A DNA stretch of 64,000 nucleotides from Eledone cirrhosa (GCA_964016885.1 OZ024742.1:161572001-161636000); one strand, 5' to 3'; positions 1 through 19,735 are shown, numbered from the stretch's first letter. Notes: generated from the letters alone by a model not told the origin. Made by a program: numbers and translations.

Positions 1-98
1 TATATGTATATATATGTATATATATATGTATATATATATGTATATATATATATATATATGTATATATAAATGTATATATATATGTATATATATATATG

Positions 99-143
<45 letters not shown>

Positions 144-144
144 G

Positions 145-211
<67 letters not shown>

Positions 212-222
212 GTATATATATG

Positions 223-255
<33 letters not shown>

Positions 256-497
256 GTATATGTATATATATATATGTATATATATATGTATATATATGTT
301 TATATATATGTATATATGTATATGTATATATATATGTATATATATGTATATGTATATATATATGTATATATATGTATATATATGTATATATATATATGTA
401 TATATATGTATATATATGTATATATATATGTATATATATGTATATAAATATATGTATATATATATGTATATATATGTATATATATATGTATATATAT

Positions 498-528
<31 letters not shown>

Positions 529-551
529 GTATATATATTATATATATATAT

Positions 552-647
552 AAAAATAATACAGATACAATATAGACACAAACACATATATATAGTTTAT
601 CAAAGTTCTTTCGTTGCACATTTGCAACATCGTCAGTGGTGTTATTG
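552..647 (-). ncRNA. Satellite cassette copy 1 with minimal hammerhead-like core (PLE pLTR-derived)
   Basis: Minus strand reads CUGACGA-U-GUUGCA-AAUG-UGCAAC-GAAA-GAACUU; perfect 6-bp stem II; stems I/III weak; homologous to 57529-57620. Confidence 0.7.
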
Positions 648-793
648 TATATATATATATATATTTATATATATATGTATATATATATGTATATATATAT
701 ATGTATATATATATGTATATATATATGTATATATATGCATATATATATATATGTATATATATATGTATAAATATATATATATATATGTATATA

Positions 794-840
<47 letters not shown>

Positions 841-957
841 GTATATATATAGAGATATGTATATATATATATGTATATATATATATATGTATATATATAT
901 GTATATATATGTATATATATATGTATATATATATGTATATACATATCTATATATATG

Positions 958-990
<33 letters not shown>

Positions 991-1003
991 GTATATATAT
1001 ATG

Positions 1004-1058
<55 letters not shown>

Positions 1059-1178
1059 GTATCTATATATGCATGTATATATGTATGTATATATATATGT
1101 ATATATATATGTATATATATATGTATATATATATGTATATATATATGTATATATATATGTATAAATGTATATATGTAT

Positions 1179-1226
<48 letters not shown>

Positions 1227-1313
1227 GTATATATATATGTATATATATATATGTATATATATATGTATATGAATATATATATGTATATATATATGTATAT
1301 ATATATATATAAG

Positions 1314-1344
<31 letters not shown>

Positions 1345-1743
1345 GTATATATATATGTATATGTATATATATATATGTATATATATATGTATATATATAT
1401 ATCTATATATATATATATATGTATATATATATGTATATATATATATGTGTATATATATGTATATATATATGTATATGTATATATATATACGTATATATAT
1501 ATGTATATATATATATATGTATATATATATGTATAGATATGTATATATATGTATATATATATATGTATATATATATATGTATATATATATGTATAGATAT
1601 GTATATATATGTATATATATATATGTATATATATATATGTATATATAAATGTATATATATATGTATATATATATGTATATATATGTATATATATATGTAT
1701 ATATATATATATATATGTATATATATGTATGTATATATATATG

Positions 1744-1774
<31 letters not shown>

Positions 1775-2030
1775 GTATATATATATATGTATATGTATAT
1801 ATATATATGTATATATATATGTATATATATGTTTATATATATGTATATATGTATATGTATATATATATGTATATATATGTATATGTATATATATATGTAT
1901 ATATATGTATATATATGTATATATATATATGTATATATATGTATATATATGTATATATATATATATATATATGTATATAAATATATGTATATATATATGT
2001 ATATATATGTATATATATATGTATATATAT

Positions 2031-2061
<31 letters not shown>

Positions 2062-2084
2062 GTATATATATTATATATATATAT

Positions 2085-2180
2085 AAAAATAATACAGATA
2101 CAATATAGACACAAACACATATATATAGTTTATCAAAGTTCTTTCGTTGCACATTTGCAACATCGTCAGTGGTGTTATTG
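2085..2180 (-). ncRNA. Satellite cassette copy 2 with hammerhead-like core
   Basis: Identical to 552-647. Confidence 0.7.
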
Positions 2181-2318
2181 TATATATATATATTTATATA
2201 TATATGTATATATATATGTATATATATGTATATATATATGTATATATATATGTATATATATGCATATATATATATATGTATATATATATGTATAAATATA
2301 TATATATATATGTATATA

Positions 2319-2363
<45 letters not shown>

Positions 2364-2462
2364 GTATATATATATAGAGATATGTATATATATATATGTA
2401 TATATATATATGTATATATATGTATATATATATGTATATATATATGTATATATATATCTATA

Positions 2463-2511
<49 letters not shown>

Positions 2512-2814
2512 GTATATATATATGTATATATATATGTATATATATATATGTATATATATATGTATCTATATATGCATGTATATATGTATGTATATATATA
2601 TGTATATATATGTATATATATATGTATATATATATGTATATATATATGTATATATATATGTATATATATATGTATAAATGTATATATGTATATATATATG
2701 TATATGTATATGTATATATATATGTATATATATATATGTATATATATATATGTATATATATATGTATATGAATATATATATGTATATATATATATGTATA
2801 TATATATATATAAG

Positions 2815-2845
<31 letters not shown>

Positions 2846-2974
2846 GTATATATATATGTATATGTATATATATATATGTATATATGTATGTATATATATA
2901 TATCTATATATGCATATATATATATATGTATATATATATGTATAAATATATATATATATATGTATATATATATG

Positions 2975-3009
<35 letters not shown>

Positions 3010-3110
3010 GTATATATATAGAGATATGTATATATATATATGTATATATATATGTATATATATGTATATATATATGTATATATATATGTATATATATATC
3101 TATATATATG

Positions 3111-3143
<33 letters not shown>

Positions 3144-3434
3144 GTATATATATATGTATATATATATGTATATATATATGTATATATATATATATGTATA
3201 TATATATATGTATCTATATATGCATGTATATATGTATGTATATATATATGTATATATATATGTATATATATATGTATATATATATGTATATATATATGTA
3301 TATATATATGTATATGTATATGTATATATATATGTATATATATATATGTATATATATATGTATATATATATATATGTATATATATATGTATATGAATATA
3401 TATATGTATATATATATGCATATATATATATAAG

Positions 3435-3469
<35 letters not shown>

Positions 3470-3831
3470 GTATATACATATGTATATGTATATATATATA
3501 TGTATATATATATGTATATATATATATCTATATATATATATATATGTATATATATATGTATATATATATATGTGTATATATATATATGTATATATATATG
3601 TATATGTATATATATATATGTATATATATATGTATAGATATGTATATATATGTATATATATATATGTATATATATGTATATATATATGTATAGATATGTA
3701 TATATATGTATATATATATATATGTATATATATATATGTATATATAAATGTATATATATATGTATATATATATGTATATATATATATGTATATATATATG
3801 TATATATATATATATATATTGTATATATATG

Positions 3832-3898
<67 letters not shown>

Positions 3899-3909
3899 GT
3901 ATATATATG

Positions 3910-3940
<31 letters not shown>

Positions 3941-4238
3941 GTATATGTATATATATATATGTATATATATATGTATATATATGTTTATATATATGTATAT
4001 ATGTATATGTATATATATATGTATATATATGTATATGTATATATATATATGTATATATATGTATATATATGTATATATATATATGTATATATATGTATAT
4101 ATATGTATATATATATGTATATATATGTATATAAATATATGTATATATATATGTATATATATGTATATATATATGTATATATATTATATATATATATATA
4201 TGTATATATATATGTATATATATTATATATATATATAT

Positions 4239-4332
4239 AAATAATACAGATACAATATAGACACAAACACATATATATAGTTTATCAAAGTTCTTTCGTT
4301 GCACATTTGCAACATCGTCAGTGGTGTTATTG
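4239..4332 (-). ncRNA. Satellite cassette copy 3 with hammerhead-like core
   Basis: Core identical to 552-647. Confidence 0.7.
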
Positions 4333-4494
4333 TATATATATATATATATTTATATATATATGTATATATATATGTATATATATATGTATATATATATATG
4401 TATATATATGTGTATATATATATGTATATATATGCATATATATATATGTATATATATATGTATAAATATATATATATATATGTATATATATATG

Positions 4495-4529
<35 letters not shown>

Positions 4530-4548
4530 GTATATATATAGAGATATG

Positions 4549-4595
<47 letters not shown>

Positions 4596-4620
4596 GTATA
4601 TATATGTATATATATATATG

Positions 4621-4667
<47 letters not shown>

Positions 4668-4834
4668 GTATATATATATATGTATATATATATATGTATC
4701 TATATATGTATATATATATGTATGTATATATATATGTATATATATATGTATATATATGTATATATGTATATATATATGTATATATATATGTATATGTATA
4801 TATATATGTATATATATATATGTATATATATATG

Positions 4835-4865
<31 letters not shown>

Positions 4866-5047
4866 GTGTATATATATGTATATATATATGTATATATATA
4901 TGTATATATATTTATATATATATGTATAAATATCTATTATATCTATCTATATATATATATATGTATATATATGTATATATATATATATATGTATATATAT
5001 GTATATATATGTATATATATATATGTATATATATATATATGTATATG

Positions 5048-5080
<33 letters not shown>

Positions 5081-5093
5081 GTATATATACATG

Positions 5094-5173
<80 letters not shown>

Positions 5174-5622
5174 TATATGTATATATATATATGCATATAT
5201 ATATGTATGTATATATATATGTATATATATATGCATATATATGCATATATATATGTATACTGTGTATATATATGTATATATATGTATATATATATGTATA
5301 TGTATATATATATATCTATATATATGTATATATATGTATATATATATATGTATATATATGTATATATATATGTATATATATATATATGTATATATATATG
5401 TATATATATATATGTATATATATATATATGTATATATATATGTATATATATATGTATATATATATATGTATATATATGTATATATATATGTATATATATA
5501 TATATATGTATATATATATGTATATATATATATATATGTGTATATATAGATGTATATATATATATGTATATATATATGTATATATGTATATATATATGTA
5601 TATATATATATGTATATATATA

Positions 5623-5671
<49 letters not shown>

Positions 5672-5868
5672 GTATATATATATGTATATATATATGTATA
5701 TATATATGTATATATATATGTATATATATATGTATATATATATGTATATGTATATGTATATATATATGTATATATATATATGTATATATATATGTATATA
5801 TATATATATGTATATATATATGTATATGAATATATATATGTATATATATATGTATATATATATATAAG

Positions 5869-5901
<33 letters not shown>

Positions 5902-6273
5902 GTATATATATATGTATATGTATATATAATATATGTATATATATATGTATATATATATATCTATATATATATATATATGTATATATATATGTATATATAT
6001 ATATGTGTATATATATATATGTATATATATATGTATATGTATATATATATATATGTATATATATATGTATAGATATGTATATATATGTATATATATATAT
6101 GTATATATATATATATGTATATATATATGTATAGATATGTATATATATATATGTATATATATATATGTATATATATATATGTATATATAAATGTATATAT
6201 ATATGTATATATATATGTATATATATATATGTATATATATATGTATATATATATATATATATGTATATATATG

Positions 6274-6338
<65 letters not shown>

Positions 6339-6670
6339 GTATATATATGTATATATATATATATGTATATATATATATGTATATGTATATATATATATGT
6401 ATATATATATGTATATATATGTTTATATATATGTATATATGTATATGTATATATATATGTATATATATGTATATGTATTATATATATATGTATATATATG
6501 TATATATATGTATATATATATATGTATATATATGTATATATATGTATATATATATGTATATATATGTATATAAATATATGTATATATATATGTATATATA
6601 TATGTATATATATGCATATATATATATATGTATATATATATGTATAAATATATATATATATATGTATATA

Positions 6671-6717
<47 letters not shown>

Positions 6718-6816
6718 GTATATATATATAGAGATATGTATATATATATATGTATATATATATATGTATATATATGTATATATATATGTATATATATATG
6801 TATATATATATCTATA

Positions 6817-6865
<49 letters not shown>

Positions 6866-7180
6866 GTATATATATATGTATATATATATGTATATATATA
6901 TATGTATATATATATGTATCTATATATGCATGTATATATGTATGTATATATATATGTATATATATGTATATATATATGTATATATATATGTATATATATA
7001 TGTATATATATATGTATATATATATGTATAAATGTATATATGTATATATATATGTATATGTATATGTATATATATATGTATATATATATATGTATATATA
7101 TATGTATATATATATATGTATATATATATGTATATGAATATATATATGTATATATATATATGTATATATATATATATAAG

Positions 7181-7211
<31 letters not shown>

Positions 7212-7334
7212 GTATATATATATGTATATGTATATATATATATGTATATATGTATGTATATATATATATATATATATGCATATATATATATATGTATATA
7301 TATATGTATAAATATATATATATATATGTATATA

Positions 7335-7381
<47 letters not shown>

Positions 7382-7818
7382 GTATATATATAGAGATATG
7401 TATATATATATATGTATATATATGTATATATATGTATATATATATGTATATATATATGTATATATATATCTATATATATGTATATATATATATGTGTATA
7501 TATATATATATATGTATATATATATGTATATATATATGTATATATATATGTATATATATATATATGTATATATATATATGTATCTATATATGCATGTATA
7601 TATGTATGTATATATATATGTATATATATATGTATATATATATGTATATATATATGTATATATATATGTATATATATATGTATATATATATGTATATGTA
7701 TATGTATATATATATGTATATATATATATGTATATATATATGTATATATATATATATATGTATATATATATGTATATGAATATATATATGTATATATATA
7801 TGTATATATATATATAAG

Positions 7819-7851
<33 letters not shown>

Positions 7852-8217
7852 GTATATATATATGTATATGTATATATATATATGTATATATATATGTATA
7901 TATATATATCTATATATATATATATATGTATATATATATGTATATATATATATGTGTATATATATATATGTTATATATATATGTATATGTATATATATAT
8001 ATGTATATATATATGTATAGATATGTATATATATGTATATATATATATGTATATATATATATGTATATATATATGTATAGATATGTATATATATGTATAT
8101 ATATATATATGTATATATATATATGTATATATAAATGTATATATATATGTATATATATATGTATATATATATATGTATATATATATGTATATATATATAT
8201 ATATATGTATATATATG

Positions 8218-8284
<67 letters not shown>

Positions 8285-8295
8285 GTATATATATG

Positions 8296-8326
<31 letters not shown>

Positions 8327-8605
8327 GTATATATATATGTATATATATGTTTATATATAATGTATATATGTATATGTATATATATATGTATATATATGTA
8401 TATGTATATATATATATGTATATATATGTATATATATGTATATATATATATGTATATATATGTATATATATGTATATATATATGTATATATATGTATATA
8501 AATATATGTATATATATATGTATATATATGTATATATATATGTATATATATTATATATATATATATATGTATATATATATGTATATATATTATATATATA
8601 TATAT

Positions 8606-8699
8606 AAATAATACAGATACAATATAGACACAAACACATATATATAGTTTATCAAAGTTCTTTCGTTGCACATTTGCAACATCGTCAGTGGTGTTATTG
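8606..8699 (-). ncRNA. Satellite cassette copy 4 with hammerhead-like core
   Basis: Core identical to 552-647. Confidence 0.7.
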
Positions 8700-8863
8700 T
8701 ATATATATATATATATTTATATATATATGTATATATATATGTATATATATATGTATATATATATATGTATATATATGTGTATATATATATGTATATATAT
8801 GCATATATATATATATGTATATATATATGTATAAATATATATATATATATGTATATATATATG

Positions 8864-8894
<31 letters not shown>

Positions 8895-8913
8895 GTATAT
8901 ATATAGAGATATG

Positions 8914-8960
<47 letters not shown>

Positions 8961-8985
8961 GTATATATATGTATATATATATATG

Positions 8986-9036
<51 letters not shown>

Positions 9037-9381
9037 GTATATATATATATGTATATATATATATGTATCTATATATGTATATATATATGTATGTATATAT
9101 ATATGTATATATATATGTATATATATGTATATATGTATATATATATGTATATATATATGTATATGTATATATATATGTATATATATATATGTATATATAT
9201 ATGTATATATATATATGTATAATATATATATATATGTGTATATATATGTATATATATATGTATATATATATGTATATATATTTATATATATATGTATAAA
9301 TATCTATTATATCTATCTATATATATATATATGTATATATATGTATATTATATATATAATGTATATATATGTATATATATG

Positions 9382-9414
<33 letters not shown>

Positions 9415-9421
9415 GTATATG

Positions 9422-9452
<31 letters not shown>

Positions 9453-9466
9453 GTATATATAACATG

Positions 9467-9555
<89 letters not shown>

Positions 9556-9992
9556 ATATATATATGCATATATATATGTATGTATATATATATGTATATA
9601 TATATGCATATATATGCATATATATATGTATATGTGTATATATATGTATATATATGTATATATATATGTATATGTATATATATATATCTATATATATGTA
9701 TATATATGTATATATATATGTATATATATGTATATATATATGTATATATATATATATGTATATATATATGTATATATATATATGTATATATATATATATG
9801 TATATATATATGTATATATATATGTATATATATATATGTATATATATGTATATATATATGTATATATATATATATGTATATATATATGTATATATATATA
9901 TATATGTGTATATATAGATGTATATATATATATGTATATATATATGTATATATGTATATATATATGTATATATATATATGTATATATATATC

Positions 9993-10035
<43 letters not shown>

Positions 10036-10670
10036 GTATATATATATGTATATATATATGTATATATATATGTATATATATATGTATATATATATGTATA
10101 TATATATGTATATGTATATGTATATATATATGTATATATATATATGTATATATATATGTATATATATATATATGTATATATATATGTATATGAATATATA
10201 TATGTATATATATATGTATATATATATATAAGTCATATATTTATATATATATATCTATATATATATGTATATATATATGTATATGTATATATATATATGT
10301 ATATATATATGTATATATATATATCTATATATATATATATATGTATATATATATGTATATATATATATGTGTATATATATATATGTATATATATATGTAT
10401 ATGTATATATATATATATGTATATATATATGTATAGATATGTATATATATGTATATATATATATGTATATATATATATGTATATATATATGTATAGATAT
10501 GTATATATATATATGTATATATATATATATGTATATATATATATGTATATATAAATGTATATATATATGTATATATATATGTATATATATATATGTATAT
10601 ATATATGTATATATATATATATATATGTATATATATGTATATATATATATGTATATATTATATATATATG

Positions 10671-10703
<33 letters not shown>

Positions 10704-11041
10704 GTATATATATGTATATATATATATATGTATATATATATATGTATATGTATATATATATATGTATATATATATGTATATATATGTTTATATATATGTA
10801 TATATGTATATGTATATATATATGTATATATATGTATATGTATATATATATATGTATATATATGTATATATATGTATATATATATATGTATATATATGTA
10901 TATATATGTATATATATATGTATATATATGTATATAAATATATGTATATATATATGTATATATATGTATATATATATGTATATATATTATATATATATAT
11001 ATATGTATATATATATGTATATATATTATATATATATATAT

Positions 11042-11134
11042 AAATAATACAGATACAATATAGACACAACACATATATATAGTTTATCAAAGTTCTTTCG
11101 TTGCACATTTGCAACATCGTCAGTGGTGTTATTG
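11042..11134 (-). ncRNA. Satellite cassette copy 5 with hammerhead-like core
   Basis: Core identical; 1-nt deletion outside the core. Confidence 0.7.
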
Positions 11135-11276
11135 TATATATATATATATATTTATATATATATGTATATATATATGTATATATATATATGTATATATATG
11201 TGTATATATATATGTATATATATGCATATATATATATATGTATATATATATGTATAAATATATATATATGTATATA

Positions 11277-11323
<47 letters not shown>

Positions 11324-11342
11324 GTATATATATAGAGATATG

Positions 11343-11389
<47 letters not shown>

Positions 11390-11414
11390 GTATATATATG
11401 TATATATATATATG

Positions 11415-11463
<49 letters not shown>

Positions 11464-11630
11464 GTATATATATATATGTATATATATATATGTATCTATA
11501 TATGTATATATATATGTATGTATATATATATGTATATATATATGTATATATATGTATATATGTATATATATATGTATATATATATGTATATGTATATATA
11601 TATGTATATATATATATGTATATATATATG

Positions 11631-11661
<31 letters not shown>

Positions 11662-11801
11662 GTGTATATATATGTATATATATATGTATATATATATGTA
11701 TATATATTTATATATATATGTATAAATATCTATTATATCTATCTATATATATATATATGTATATATATGTATATATATATGTATATATATGTATATATAT
11801 G

Positions 11802-11834
<33 letters not shown>

Positions 11835-11841
11835 GTATATG

Positions 11842-11874
<33 letters not shown>

Positions 11875-11887
11875 GTATATATACATG

Positions 11888-11978
<91 letters not shown>

Positions 11979-12195
11979 ATATATATATGCATATATATAT
12001 GTATGTATATATATATGTATATATATATGCATATATATGCATATATATATGTATATGTGTATATATATGTATATATATGTATATATATATGTATATGTAT
12101 ATATATATATCTATATATATGTATATATATGTATATATATATATGTATATATATGTATATATATATGTATATATATATATATGTATATATATATG

Positions 12196-12226
<31 letters not shown>

Positions 12227-12434
12227 GTATATATATATGTATATATATATGTATATATATATATGTATATATATGTATATATATATGTATATATATATAT
12301 ATATGTATATATATATGTATATATATATATATATGTGTATATATAGATGTATATATATATATGTATATATATATGTATATATGTATATATATATGTATAT
12401 ATATATATGTATATATATATCTATATATATATAC

Positions 12435-12465
<31 letters not shown>

Positions 12466-12609
12466 GTATATATATATGTATATATATATGTATATATATA
12501 TGTATATATATATATATGTATATATACGTTATTCCGGGTTGAATCAGAGGTAACCACAGTAAGTTAGGTACTCAATACATAGCAGAGTATAACAGTTTTA
12601 ATATAGATG

Positions 12610-12660
12610 AGATTCTACAGGACTAGAACTGTTTCATTCATTAGAAATCATCAGGAATCT
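12610..12660 (-). ncRNA. Type I hammerhead ribozyme (inverted pLTR copy)
   Basis: Reverse complement of 16741-16791. Confidence 0.85.
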
Positions 12661-12771
12661 GGGTATCAAAAATAAATATGGTATTTATAGGTCTCTACAA
12701 GTGGTAGGAGAGGGTGGGGAGTGGGATGGGTGCAGGTCATTGGTTGATAGAAAAGGGAATTCATTAAGAGC

Positions 12772-14022
12772 CTATACCACGATGGATCTTACTGGATCAA
12801 CAAGAAATCTCAGACCCCATTTGACGTTAGCATGGGGGCGAGTGACTCGGCTGAAATTAGCGACCTTGTGGGCCTGTACATCCTACATAACCTGAAGAAC
12901 CTCTTTACCGGCCTTACTGGAGGTTTATACCGAGACGACGGCCTCTTCGCCCTGCATAAGGTTAGCCCCAGAACCACCGATGGGTTTCGGAAAAACTTAA
13001 GCTCTTTCTTCTCTAATCTAGGATTTAGTATAACTATAGATTCTAACTTGACTAGGGCCAACTTCTTAGATGTCACTCTCGACCTAGATACTTCCCTCTA
13101 TTACCCGTACCACAAACCTAACGAGTCCCTTAAATATATTAATGTTAATTCAAACCACCCCCAAAACATTACTGATAACCTAGTAAAAAGCGTCTCTATT
13201 AGAATATCTGGCCTCTCCGCCAACAAAGATATTTTTAATGCATCTGCCTCCTACTACAATGACGCCCTAGCCCGTAGCGGATAGATAACTTACCTAGAAA
13301 CCACCGCAAAATTGCAGAGGAGGAATAGACATAGGCAGATTAGCTGGTACAACCCTCCCTTCAATAGAGAGGTATCTACTCCGATAGCTAGGATTTTCTT
13401 CACTTTACTGAAATTACACTTCCCCATACAACATAGGTACTACACCATCTTTAATAAGAACACTATAAGACTGTCTTACTCCACCACACCTAACCTAGCT
13501 AGGAATATAGCCAACCACAACTCTAAACTAAATAAGCCAACCACCTCCGAAACCAATCCCCGGACTGGGGCTCTATGTAATTGCCTAAATAAGGAAACAT
13601 GCCCACTAGAAAACAAATGCCTCACAAACGACATCGTATATAAATGCGATGTCATCTCGGGCACCGAGGATTGCAAAAAAACTTACATCGGCATGACCTC
13701 CAACACCTTTAAGACCCGCTGGTATGCCCATACCCACTCCTTCAGAAGACCGGATAAATCAAACCAAACAACACTCGCCTCCTACGTTTGGGACCTCAAA
13801 AGGAACTCCACCCCCTTCACGCTTAATTGGAAAATACTCCAGAAAGCGCGCTCTTACAACGGAGGACACAAGGGCTGCGACCTTTGTATTTCAGAGAGCT
13901 ACGAAATTTTATTCGCCAAGGGCCCGCTACTGAACAAACTCTCTGAACACTGCCCGAACTGCATGCACAAGAACTTTGCAACATTCAAAGACTTTAAGCC
14001 AGTGTTAAAGCCCGATGGCTAA
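12772..14022 (+). pseudogene. PLE reverse transcriptase (C-terminal half) + GIY-YIG endonuclease; one in-frame TAG at 13282-13284
   Basis: FDVSMGASDSAE..LVGLYIL, GLYRDDGL, NFLDVTLDL, SNHP, WYNPPF, CNC..CPL..CL, VYKC..YIGMT, CDLC..E, C-x-H; ORFs 12832-13284 and 13312-14022 share a frame. Confidence 0.93.
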
Positions 14023-14149
14023 AAACGACCTCCCCCCTATTGGCCCCTATACCTCCTCCCCACCCTACCCCCACCCCTCCTCAACCTGGAATACGGCCAC
14101 TATGGTCATGTGAGTACCTCATTTGTATCTACTTTTTCTGCCTGTAGAG

Positions 14150-16290
<2,141 letters not shown>

Positions 16291-16740
16291 AATGTGTCTG
16301 TTGATTTGGCATATTGTTGATTAGTTTAAGAGAAGTTCGAAGATAATAGTAAGATATGCACTCAGTATTTTGAATCTGTCTGCAGAATTCCCTAGACCTT
16401 TGTCACTTAGTAGAACCTTAATGACTTTAGCTTTTAAAGAATCTCCCTTTCCTTTAATTCTATCGAGCATGAATGACCCCCCACTGATTTTATAGACATC
16501 TGCTAGCTTAAGAGAAACTTATTGACAAGGAATGGTATGCCATCCGGAACCTGTTTATAGAATTCTGTCTGCCTTTGTTACTCTAAAAACATAAATAAAT
16601 ATAAATTAACTATAGCTTTGTAGAATTAGCTTTTAATGAATTCCCTTTTCTATCAACCAATGACCTGCACCCATCCCACTCCCCACCCTCTCCTACCACT
16701 TGTAGAGACCTATAAATACCATATTTATTTTTTGATACCC

Positions 16741-16791
16741 AGATTCCTGATGATTTCTAATGAATGAAACAGTTCTAGTCCTGTAGAATCT
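16741..16791 (+). ncRNA. Type I hammerhead ribozyme in PLE pLTR
   Basis: AGAUUC-CUGAUGA-U-UUC(UAAU)GAA-U-GAAA-CAG(UUCUAGUC)CUG-UA-GAAUCU: 6-bp stem I, 4-bp stem III, GUA cleavage triplet. Confidence 0.88.
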
Positions 16792-16807
16792 CATCTATAT
16801 TAAAACT

Positions 16808-17002
16808 ATATATGTATATATATATGTATCTATATATGCATGTATATATGTATGTATATATATATGTATATATATATGTATATATATATGTATATATATA
16901 TGTATATATATATGTATATATATATGTATATATATATATATGTATATATATATGTATATGAATATATATATGTATATATATATGTATATATATATATATA
17001 AG

Positions 17003-17033
<31 letters not shown>

Positions 17034-17292
17034 GTATATATATATGTATATGTATATATATATATGTATATATATATGTATATATATATATCTATATATA
17101 TATATATATGTATATATATATGTATATATATATATGTGTATATATATATATGTATATATATATGTATATGTATATATATATATGTATATATATATGTATA
17201 TATATATATATGTATATATATATGTATAGATATGTATATATATGTATATATATATATGTATATATATATATGTATATATATATATGTATATA

Positions 17293-17332
<40 letters not shown>
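16808..17332. repeat. Resumption of the higher-order TA satellite
   Basis: Same ordered landmarks (gtatctatatatgcatg, gaat, aagt, tcta, tagat). Confidence 0.85.
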
Positions 17333-17336
<4 letters not shown>

Positions 17337-18411
17337 TTTACGTATCGAGAAAGAGAAAAAAAGGGGCGATAGGTGATACATATAGTTATTTGCCAAGTAG
17401 CGTATGCCAAAGGTGCTCGATACTAGTGCCGGCAGTATTAAATATTCGAAGTGTTAATATTTAGTGGGCTAGCGAGTTAGCAGAGCGTAAGCACGTGGGA
17501 AAGTAAAAAATCGGAGAATAGACCGTTAAAACATGTTTATTTAAAATATCACCTACGTATGTTTCGCCCAGTTGGGCTTCTCAAGGGCATAAATAATCAC
17601 AAGTGTTCCCTATATTGCTCGGAAAGAGTTTTTGGGGTTAAATCTACATCAAGGTTCATTGCTCGCAAAAATATCTTGTTTTGATTTTGCAGCAGGTCAA
17701 GGGAGATAACTCTGGCCGGTGTTAGGGCAGTCTTTCCCGGACAATTTTCTTTTTTTTTTTTTTTTTTTTTTTGCCGCATCCGTTTGTCTGAGGCTGGGTC
17801 TGGTATGCAAGGATTGTTTTCTGGGTGTTATTTTGCAGCGCCTGCCCGCCGGGGTGTTAAGACTTGTTGCAGGGAGATCCAGTGTACTATTTCACTCTTC
17901 ATCCTTAACCCATCTGAAGAAGGATATTTTTAAGCGATGTCTACAACTTATCGCTGTTTCAGCTCTGCTGTTGATGAGCTCGTGGGGTGCAGTTATGATG
18001 TGGTAGAGCTCCATGAGGCAAAGATCGCATTTCCTCTTGAAGTTGTACGGTGCAGCCCTGCCGACAATCTCCCATGCGTGGAGAAGCTGATGTTTAAGTC
18101 CTTTAGTGATGTGATGTAGTCCGCGAGCGAAGTGGAGTGCCTTAGTTTTCTATTTGTGAAAGAGTGGAGATGTGTTCGAAACCTAATTTTGAACGGGCCG
18201 GAGGTGGCCCCTATATAATGTTTAACGCTATTGTGGCTAGTAATAGTGCATCTATATATAACCCTATCAGTCAAGCAGTATCCTCTAAGGGGGCAGCGTC
18301 CTCTGTCGCGGCAGTTGCAATTTCTGTCGCGGTTCCGTCTATTTCCCACGGTAAGGCTATCATTGTTGCTGCCTACGTTGTTACCTACGCTACCGCAGCT
18401 GTCGTTAGCAC
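17333..18411 (-). mobile_element. PLE 3' fragment (GIY-YIG + 3' UTR with HHR variant)
   Basis: ORF 17993-18349: [35 protein letters not shown]. Confidence 0.88.
17548..17590 (-). ncRNA. Minimal hammerhead, U3-A8 variant
   Basis: UUGAGAA-GCCC(AACU)GGGC-GAAAC(AUAC)GUA-GG. Confidence 0.65.
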
Positions 18412-19593
<1,182 letters not shown>

Positions 19594-19735
19594 GTAAGAT
19601 CAAAATACTTGAGTGTGTTAGAGTTAAATACACTCGTCGTATTAGAGAAATGACAGTATAAGGTATAGCTCAATGTAATCCAACAGACCCGAAAAATTAT
19701 AAAAACGAAGCTCTCAATACATCAAAAGTCTTTAT

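Larger units (their letters stand above)
1..12527. repeat. Higher-order (TA)n/(TATG)n satellite array, units ~1.5-2.4 kb, punctuated by a ~95-bp unique cassette
   Basis: Degenerate TA/TG repeats with landmark variants recurring in the same order (gcat, gtataaat, agagatatg, gtatctatatatgcatg, gaat, taagt, tagat x2, gtttat); cassette at 552, 2085, 4239, 8606, 11042. Confidence 0.95.

Noticed and set aside
552-11134. Identical palindromic repeats separated by variable spacers (CRISPR-like look)
   Set aside because: Repeats are ~95 bp, spacers are kb-long microsatellite, context is eukaryotic with no cas genes, and the repeat is PLE-derived.
14-12567. Dozens of long Y/I/M/C/V-rich ORFs (also 14-19 kb, 21-22 kb, 24-26 kb, 30-31 kb, 37-40 kb)
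   Set aside because: Translations of TA/TG microsatellites, which lack stop codons in most frames; no coding signature.
12710-12730. G-quadruplex-like gggtggggagtgggatggg near the HHR
   Set aside because: Pattern is present, but G/C-skewed tracts are common in these UTRs and nothing supports a function.
13282-13284. In-frame stops in PLE ORFs (also 29602-29604) as possible recoding or selenocysteine
   Set aside because: Both are TAG, not TGA, and lie in variable linkers rather than at conserved Cys; better explained by decay.
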